A DNA stretch of 64,000 bases. It comes from Blastocladiella emersonii ATCC 22665. Lineage: Eukaryota > Fungi > Blastocladiomycota. Shown piece after piece: positions 1-6,300 of this stretch. The translations under genes were made by a program, and so were the position numbers. The notes under the pieces are model-generated. The model ran no database searches. It was not told the origin of the DNA and was given only the letters and a program-made list of their open reading frames with translations. The DNA lies in contig JANHCV010000013.1 in assembly GCA_025594325.1 (NCBI GenBank), positions 1-64,000 on the forward strand, written 5' to 3'. Within the stretch, counting starts at the first letter, position 1. The number at the start of each line of letters is the position of its first letter.

Positions 1-50
1 GTCGCAGAACAGCCCTGCATGGCTCAGGACGCGGCGGGCGTTGGAGACAG

Positions 51-80
51 GGTAGGTAGGTAGGTAGCAGCAGCAGCAGC
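51..80. repeat. Compound microsatellite (TAGG)3 followed by (CAG)4
   Basis: ggtaggtaggtaggtagcagcagcagcagc; it encodes the poly-Leu stretch of modelled exon 2 on the minus strand. Confidence 0.9.
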
Positions 81-236
81 AAGGAGCAGGACCTGGCTGG
101 CAAACAACACAAGTGAAGGCGTGCGTGATGGAGTGAGAGAGTGTTGAATGAATGGATGGGTGGATGCGATGCAGACCAGCATACGTGTCGTGCGTCGTCC
201 GGATTGGTCGGCGACCACCCGCCAATCCTGCGGCAT

Positions 237-500
237 GGCTGTGGGGGCGGCAGTGGTGGTAGTGGAGCTAGAGTGGTGTCGTGGGGCTGGTGGGGTCCCC
301 TCTCCTTCCTGTCTCGCCTAGGTGGGTGGGCGGACGTAGCGCGCATGCGGGCGGGCAAGGTAGGAACGTTGTTCAAGCAATGGATCATGTACTTTATGGC
401 ATGTGATCTGCAAGACAGGGAGGGGGAGCGACTGTGTCTAATTTTGACCGAGGGACCTTGCTGCAGCCAACGTCTGGCCCAATCCGACCCTCCACAAATC
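237..500 (-). promoter_or_regulatory. Possible promoter/5' UTR between the 138-bp array and the modelled ATG
   Basis: Positional inference only. Contains GC-box-like GGGCGG (328-333, 349-354), a CCAAT at 478-482 and a weak CATAAA on the minus strand near 394-399. Confidence 0.2.
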
Positions 501-1938
501 GCAACATGCACGAAACAAATTAGCTGACGTTTGGGATGTACCAAACCAGCCACGTAGATAATTTTCATGGTACTCAAACAAGACCATACTCAAATCTTTG
601 ACTTCCTGCATGTCCAGCTAGCCAGGCTTCTGTAAATCACATTAATGACGCAACAAAATATCTGGCCATAAAAATATTGTAAACCAGCCACTCTGGCAAT
701 TGTCATGGCACTCAAACAAAACCATATTCAAATCTTCGACTTCCCGCATGCCCATGTGGGCAAGAACCTATAAATCACAGTATCGAACCAACAAAATATC
801 TGACCATAGAAACATAGTATACCAGCCACGAGGACAATTGTCATGGTACTCAAACAAAACCATATTCAAATCTTTGACTATTCACATGTCTAGCTGGTTG
901 GCGACCCATAAATCGTAACATTGGAGCAACAAAATATCTGACCACGGAAATACAGTAAACAAGCCCCGGAGATAATTGTCATGGTTCTCAAACAAAACCA
1001 TATTCAGATCTTTGAATACCCCATGTCCAGGTGGTTGGGGGCCCAGAAATCGTAACATCGAACCAACAAAATATTTGACCATAGAAATATACTAAACCAG
1101 CCACGTACGTAATTGTCGCGTTACTTAAACAAAACCATACTCAAAACTTTGACTTCCCGCATGTTCACCTAGCCAGGTACCCATAAATCACAGTATCGAG
1201 CCAACAAAAGATCTGACAATGGAAATATAGTAAACCGGCCGCGGAGAGAATTCTCATGGTACTCAAATGAAACCATACTCAAATCTATGACTTCCCACAT
1301 GTCCAGCTGGTTGAGGACCCATAAATCGTAACGTCAAAGCAACAATGTATCTGACCATGGGAATATAGTAAACGAGCCCCGGAGATAATTGTCATGGTAC
1401 GCAAACAAAACCATACTCAAGTCTATGCCTTCCCACATGTCCAGCTGGTTGGGGATCCATAAATCCCAGTATCGAACCAACAAGATATCTGACCATTGGA
1501 CTATATGTAACCGATCCCGTAGGTAATTGTCATGATACCCAAACAAAACCATATTCAAATCTTTCACATCCCGCATGTCCAGCTAGCCAGGGACCCATAA
1601 ATCACAGTATCCAACCAACAAAGTATCTGACCAAAGAAAGATCATAAACCAGCCACGCAGATAATTGTCATGGTATTCAAACAAAACCATACTCAAATCT
1701 TCGAATACCCGATGTCCAGGTGGGCAAGGGCCTATACATCACAGTGTTGAACCAACAAAGTATCTGACGATCGGGATGTATCAAACCGGCCATGCTGATA
1801 ATTGTCATGGTACTCAAACATAATCATAGTCAAGTCTTCGAATATCCTCACGTCCACGTGGGCAAGGACCCAAAGCGCCAGGTATCCAAATCTACCCCGT
1901 TGTGCACACTCTCCATTATCCAAGTCTGTCATCCTACA
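423..1938. repeat. Nested array of 138-bp monomers (R1-R9 intact, R0 and R10 half-eroded), present in every unit
   Basis: Monomer starts (attgtcatgg-like): 561, 699, 837, 975, 1112, 1250, 1388, 1526, 1664, 1801. Spacing is 138 bp, or 137 bp for R4 and R9. R2 and R3 differ at 34 of 138 positions; R3 is 39% GC. R1 starts in the other units at 3685, 6833, 9957, 13105, 16229, 19377, 22501, 25625, 28749, 31873, 35021, 38169, 41293, 44441, 47589, 50737, 53861, 56985, 60109 and 63233. Confidence 0.97.
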
Positions 1939-1986
1939 ATTTTGGAACCCGTCGGCAAAGCTCACGGTCCAATCAACGAACAACAG

Positions 1987-2076
1987 CCAACCTGCCAACC
2001 TGGCTACCTACCTGCCTACCTGCCTAGCTGGCTATCTGCCTACCTGCAAACCTGCCAACCTGCCCTACCTGCTAAC
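1987..2076. repeat. Degenerate CCTG/CCTA/CCAA low-complexity tract with an approximate 8-bp period
   Basis: gccaacctgccaacctggctacctacctgcctacctgcc... continuing to gctaacc. Confidence 0.85.
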
Positions 2077-2120
2077 CAAACACACACACCGCCTCGCAAG
2101 TCCTTGTGGGCCCGCGCTCT

Positions 2121-2231
2121 CTGGTTGCCGTCCCAGCCAACAAAGGAATGAATGATGAGCCCTGGCAGCCTGGCAGCCTGCCACACTGACAGCCTGGCAG
2201 CCTGCCACACTGACAGCCTGACAGCGCCCAC
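2121..2231 (-). other. Possible 3'-UTR intron (111 nt in short units, 135 nt in long units) carrying the 24-bp VNTR
   Basis: Donor TGG|GTGGGC followed by G-rich caggctg repeats, then tcattcattcctttg and the acceptor caaccAG. The donor is 41 nt past the modelled stop. Confidence 0.3.
2166..2213. repeat. 24-bp VNTR CAGCCTGGCAGCCTGCCACACTGA, 2 copies in short units and 3 in long units
   Basis: Accounts for the entire 3124 versus 3148 bp difference; for example, 3 copies at 5290-5361. Confidence 0.97.
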
Positions 2232-2272
2232 CCAGTAGTTATTAGCTACCTCGTATGTCGTCTGAGAGGGGT

Positions 2273-3360
2273 TCAGCAGTCAATATACGACTGGTCTCCT
2301 CCTGGCTGGCAGCTCTGCTGTCCACTCCAAGTCCTGCATGATGATGGGCCAAGGAGGGTTACGAGCAGCTCCTCTGTCTATCCGCGTGAAACCACTCACC
2401 CGCTGACGGATGTACACCACGCACCGTGCAGCGCGCACAGCGCACAGCGCCCAACGCACCACGCGCTGCGCACACGGCGCAAACGGCCACCCTGGTGACA
2501 CGCACACTCGCATGAACGGCAGGCATGCAAGGCGTCCTGAACTCAACGATGATATATCGTCTAGGTCTGCTCGCTCCAACGGGTGCGCCTGCCTGCCCTC
2601 CCTGTGCCATGGATTGATTGATTCATGTCCAGTGCTGCCCCCATGCTTGCTTTCATGGCCGCGGGGTCCGTCAGGACGCCTTGCAATGGGTGCGCCAACC
2701 CCTGTTGCCAGCCATGTGGCAAGAAACACCACAGCACCTGCGTCGCCCTGGCCACCGTACCTTGCAAACAGCGTAGCAGCCGTACTGCTTCAGAGGGCTG
2801 CAGAGGGCTGGCTGCGGAGGGCTGAGGCGGCAGGGCTCCTCCTGCAGGAGACAGTGCTGGGGCCAAGGAGTTAGTGCTAGGGACTACTAACTGAATGGTG
2901 AATGACCCACACACCACATGCTCCTGGCAGGAGTGCGTGTGGGCGCGTGGGCCTGTGTCCGTGCGTGCCTGGATTAGTCCTCCATCACAAGTGACCAAGG
3001 TGACCAAGGTGACCAAGGTGACCAAGGTGACCAAGGTGACATGCAAGCACCAAGTTAGAGCGGCGGGGCAGCCATGGAAAGAAGGGCACAGGTACAAACT
3101 ACCGTACCCTGGCCGCGGCCACTAGTCGCAGAACAGCCCTGCATGGCTCAGGACGCGGCGGGCGTTGGAGACAGGGTAGGTAGGTAGGTAGCAGCAGCAG
3201 CAGCAAGGAGCAGGACCTGGCTGGCAAACAACACAAGTGAAGGCGTGCGTGATGGAGTGAGAGAGTGTTGAATGAATGGATGGGTGGATGCGATGCAGAC
3301 CAGCATACGTGTCGTGCGTCGTCCGGATTGGTCGGCGACCACCCGCCAATCCTGCGGCAT
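2273..3360 (-). CDS. Putative 5-exon gene for a small Cys-rich protein of unknown family (147 aa, or 132 aa with the downstream exon-4 acceptor); 20 complete copies in the window
   Basis: Manual model: exons 3360-3309, 3220-3108, 2841-2761, 2536 (or 2491)-2400, 2333-2273. All junctions are GT-AG, the ATG is in cagccATG context, and there is no internal stop. Translation: MPQDWRVVADQSGRRTTPRSCSLLLLLLPTYLPCLQRPPRPEPCRAVLR(L/Q)VAAAREEPCRLSPPQPALCSPLKQYGCYAVCK[DALHACRSCECACHQ]GGRLRRVRSAWCVGRCALCALHGAWCTSVSGTWSGQQSCQPGGDQSYIDC. Exon 3 GC3 is 22/27 in this frame versus 15/26 in the alternative frame. Other ATGs lie at 6508, 9632, 12780, 15904, 19052, 22176, 25300, 28424, 31548, 34696, 37844, 40968, 44116, 47264, 50412, 53536, 56660, 59784 and 62908, each with its stop ending 1087 bp to the left. 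No homology or expression evidence; splice sites were chosen by eye. Confidence 0.4.
2334..2399 (-). other. Putative intron 4 (66 nt)
   Basis: Consensus donor CGG|GTGAGT, branch-like CGTAAC (A at 2359), CTCCTTGGCCC shared with intron 2, acceptor catcatcatgcAG. Confidence 0.65.
2526..2685. repeat. Perfect 15-bp inverted repeat TGCAAGGCGTCCTGA / TCAGGACGCCTTGCA with a 130-bp spacer
   Basis: Arms at 2526-2540 and 2671-2685; no target-site duplication seen. Confidence 0.9.
2537..2760 (-). other. Putative intron 3 (224 nt; 269 nt if the acceptor at 2492 is used)
   Basis: Donor AAG|GTACGGT, the same heptamer as intron 2. Two in-frame acceptors 45 nt apart: gagttcAG (2537) and gtgtcaccAG (2492). 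The donor is better supported than either acceptor. Confidence 0.5.
2842..3107 (-). other. Putative intron 2 (266 nt), containing the 9-bp repeat
   Basis: Donor AGG|GTACGGT, branch CACTAAC (A at 2871), then TCCTTGGCCCC and the acceptor ctgtctcctgcAG. Confidence 0.7.
2991..3040. repeat. 9-bp minisatellite (GTGACCAAG)5 plus GTGAC
   Basis: Perfect repeat with the same copy number in all 20 units (the VTKVTK run in the ORF track is constant). Confidence 0.97.
3221..3308 (-). other. Putative intron 1 (88 nt)
   Basis: Donor GTATGC, C/T-rich body, branch-like TTCAC about 18 nt before the acceptor ttgtgttgtttgccAG. Confidence 0.5.
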
Positions 3361-6300
3361 GGCTGTGGGGGCGGCAGTGGTGGTAGTGGAGCTAGAGTGG
3401 TGTCGTGGGGCTGGTGGGGTCCCCTCTCCTTCCTGTCTCGCCTAGGTGGGTGGGCGGACGTAGCGCGCATGCGGGCGGGCAAGGTAGGAACGTTGTTCAA
3501 GCAATGGATCATGTACTTTATGGCATGTGATCTGCAAGACAGGGAGGGGGAGCGACTGTGTCTAATTTTGACCGAGGGACCTTGCTGCAGCCAACGTCTG
3601 GCCCAATCCGACCCTCCACAAATCGCAACATGCACGAAACAAATTAGCTGACGTTTGGGATGTACCAAACCAGCCACGTAGATAATTTTCATGGTACTCA
3701 AACAAGACCATACTCAAATCTTTGACTTCCTGCATGTCCAGCTAGCCAGGCTTCTGTAAATCACATTAATGACGCAACAAAATATCTGGCCATAAGAATA
3801 TTGTAAACCAGCCACTCTGGCAATTGTCATGGCACTCAAACAAAACCATATTCAAATCTTCGACTTCCCGCATGCCCATGTGGGCAAGGACCTATAAATC
3901 ACAGTATCGAACCAACAAAATATCTGACCATAGAAACATAGTATACCAGCCACGAGGACAATTGTCATGGTACTCAAACAAAACCATATTCAAATCTTTG
4001 ACTATTCACATGTCTAGCTGGTTGGCGACCCATAAATCGTAACATTGGAGCAACAAAATATCTGACCACGGAAATACAGTAAACAAGCCCCGGAGATAAT
4101 TGTCATGGTTCTCAAACAAAACCATATTCAGATCTTTGAATACCCCATGTCCAGGTGGTTGGGGGCCCAGAAATCGTAACATCGAACCAACAAAATATTT
4201 GACCATAGAAATATACTAAACCAGCCACGTACGTAATTGTCGCGTTACTTAAACAAAACCATACTCAAAACTTTGACTTCCCGCATGTTCACCTAGCCAG
4301 GTACCCATAAATCACAGTATCGAGCCAACAAAAGATCTGACAATGGAAATATAGTAAACCGGCCGCGGAGAGAATTCTCATGGTACTCAAATGAAACCAT
4401 ACTCAAATCTATGACTTCCCACATGTCCAGCTGGTTGAGGACCCATAAATCGTAACGTCAAAGCAACAATGTATCTGACCATGGGAATATAGTAAACGAG
4501 CCCCGGAGATAATTGTCATGGTACGCAAACAAAACCATACTCAAGTCTATGCCTTCCCACATGTCCAGCTGGTTGGGGATCCATAAATCCCAGTATCGAA
4601 CCAACAAGATATCTGACCATTGGACTATATGTAACCGATCCCGTAGGTAATTGTCATGATACCCAAACAAAACCATATTCAAATCTTTCACATCCCGCAT
4701 GTCCAGCTAGCCAGGGACCCATAAATCACAGTATCCAACCAACAAAGTATCTGACCAAAGAAAGATCATAAACCAGCCACGCAGATAATTGTCATGGTAT
4801 TCAAACAAAACCATACTCAAATCTTCGAATACCCGATGTCCAGGTGGGCAAGGGCCTATACATCACAGTGTTGAACCAACAAAGTATCTGACGATCGGGA
4901 TGTATCAAACCGGCCATGCTGATAATTGTCATGGTACTCAAACATAATCATAGTCAAGTCTTCGAATATCCTCACGTCCACGTGGGCAAGGACCCAAAGC
5001 GCCAGGTATCCAAATCTACCCCGTTGTGCACACTCTCCATTATCCAAGTCTGTCATCCTACAATTTTGGAACCCGTCGGCAAAGCTCACGGTCCAATCAA
5101 CGAACAACAGCCAACCTGCCAACCTGGCTACCTACCTGCCTACCTGCCTAGCTGGCTATCTGCCTACCTGCAAACCTGCCAACCTGCCCTACCTGCTAAC
5201 CAAACACACACACCGCCTCGCAAGTCCTTGTGGGCCCGCGCTCTCTGGTTGCCGTCCCAGCCAACAAAGGAATGAATGATGAGCCCTGGCAGCCTGGCAG
5301 CCTGCCACACTGACAGCCTGGCAGCCTGCCACACTGACAGCCTGGCAGCCTGCCACACTGACAGCCTGACAGCGCCCACCCAGTAGTTATTAGCTACCTC
5401 GTATGTCGTCTGAGAGGGGTTCAGCAGTCAATATACGACTGGTCTCCTCCTGGCTGGCAGCTCTGCTGTCCACTCCAAGTCCTGCATGATGATGGGCCAA
5501 GGAGGGTTACGAGCAGCTCCTCTGTCTATCCGCGTGAAACCACTCACCCGCTGACGGATGTACACCACGCACCGTGCAGCGCGCACAGCGCACAGCGCCC
5601 AACGCACCACGCGCTGCGCACACGGCGCAAACGGCCACCCTGGTGACACGCACACTCGCATGAACGGCAGGCATGCAAGGCGTCCTGAACTCAACGATGA
5701 TATATCGTCTAGGTCTGCTCGCTCCAACGGGTGCGCCTGCCTGCCCTCCCTGTGCCATGGATTGATTGATTCATGTCCAGTGCTGCCCCCATGCTTGCTT
5801 TCATGGCCGCGGGGTCCGTCAGGACGCCTTGCAATGGGTGCGCCAACCCCTGTTGCCAGCCATGTGGCAAGAAACACCACAGCACCTGCGTCGCCCTGGC
5901 CACCGTACCTTGCAAACAGCGTAGCAGCCGTACTGCTTCAGAGGGCTGCAGAGGGCTGGCTGCGGAGGGCTGAGGCGGCAGGGCTCCTCCTGCAGGAGAC
6001 AGTACTGGGGCCAAGGAGTTAGTGCTAGGGACTACTAACTGAATGGTGAATGACCCACACACCACATGCTCCTGGCAGGAGTGCGTGTGGGCGCGTGGGC
6101 CTGTGTCCGTGCGTGCCTGGATTAGTCCTCCATCACAAGTGACCAAGGTGACCAAGGTGACCAAGGTGACCAAGGTGACCAAGGTGACATGCAAGCACCA
6201 AGTTAGAGCGGCGGGGCAGCCATGGAAAGAAGGGCACAGGTACAAACTACCGTACCCTGGCCGCGGCCACTTGTCGCAGAACAGCCCTGCATGGCTCAGG

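Noticed and set aside
389-1813. GTAC copper-response (CRR1/SBP) element cluster upstream of a Cys-rich gene
   Set aside because: About 9 GTAC sites in 1.4 kb is close to chance (about 6 expected), the core is lost in half of the monomers, and the host is not established.
561-1938. CRISPR array (conserved 37-bp box with a short inverted repeat at regular spacing)
   Set aside because: The intervening 100 bp are homologous to each other rather than unique spacers, the ATGGT/ACCAT stem shows no compensatory changes, there are no cas genes, and the context is eukaryotic.
561-1998. 46-aa protein repeat on the minus strand (138 = 46 codons; DLSMVLFEYHDNYLRG..., LRR-like look)
   Set aside because: Seven of nine intact monomers contain stops, some shared across monomers (R1/R5/R8 and R2/R9). 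R4 and R9 have 1-bp deletions, and variation is not concentrated at third codon positions.
2338-2406. Box C/D snoRNA (ATGATGA ... CTGA, 69 nt)
   Set aside because: The terminal stem is only about 3 bp, there is no clear C'/D' pair or recognisable rRNA antisense element, and the segment is the antisense of putative intron 4.
2526-2685. MITE bounded by the 15-bp inverted repeat
   Set aside because: No target-site duplication and no recognisable superfamily terminus.
2410-2874. Plus-strand 154-aa ORF and nested 66-aa Cys-rich ORF (2625-2825)
   Set aside because: No recognisable domain. The protein-like tail of the 154-aa ORF is the codon-for-codon antisense of modelled exon 3. One SNP (2856) is synonymous in it, so it is not fully excluded.
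2885-2930. Plus-strand spliced gene (TACTAAC at 2885-2891; donors GTAGGT at 52, GTRAGA at 133, GTGCGC at 2583)
   Set aside because: I could not assemble a consistent open model. The TACTAAC is explained as the complementary arm of the minus-strand branch hairpin. An antisense transcript remains possible.
2991-3040. Collagen-like (Gly-Asp-Gln)n coding repeat
   Set aside because: That plus-strand frame is closed by TAG on both sides within about 30 nt and has no start codon upstream of the repeat.
3110-3125. Helitron 3' end (palindrome followed by CTAG)
   Set aside because: The palindrome abuts CTAG instead of lying about 10 nt upstream, most units read CTTG, and there is no Rep/helicase.
2561-3701. 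Long unspliced minus-strand ORFs (178/262 aa and 200 aa)
   Set aside because: They read through microsatellites and apparent introns, one is broken by a TAG/AAG polymorphism in 6 of 20 units, and the 200-aa ORF starts inside the satellite array.
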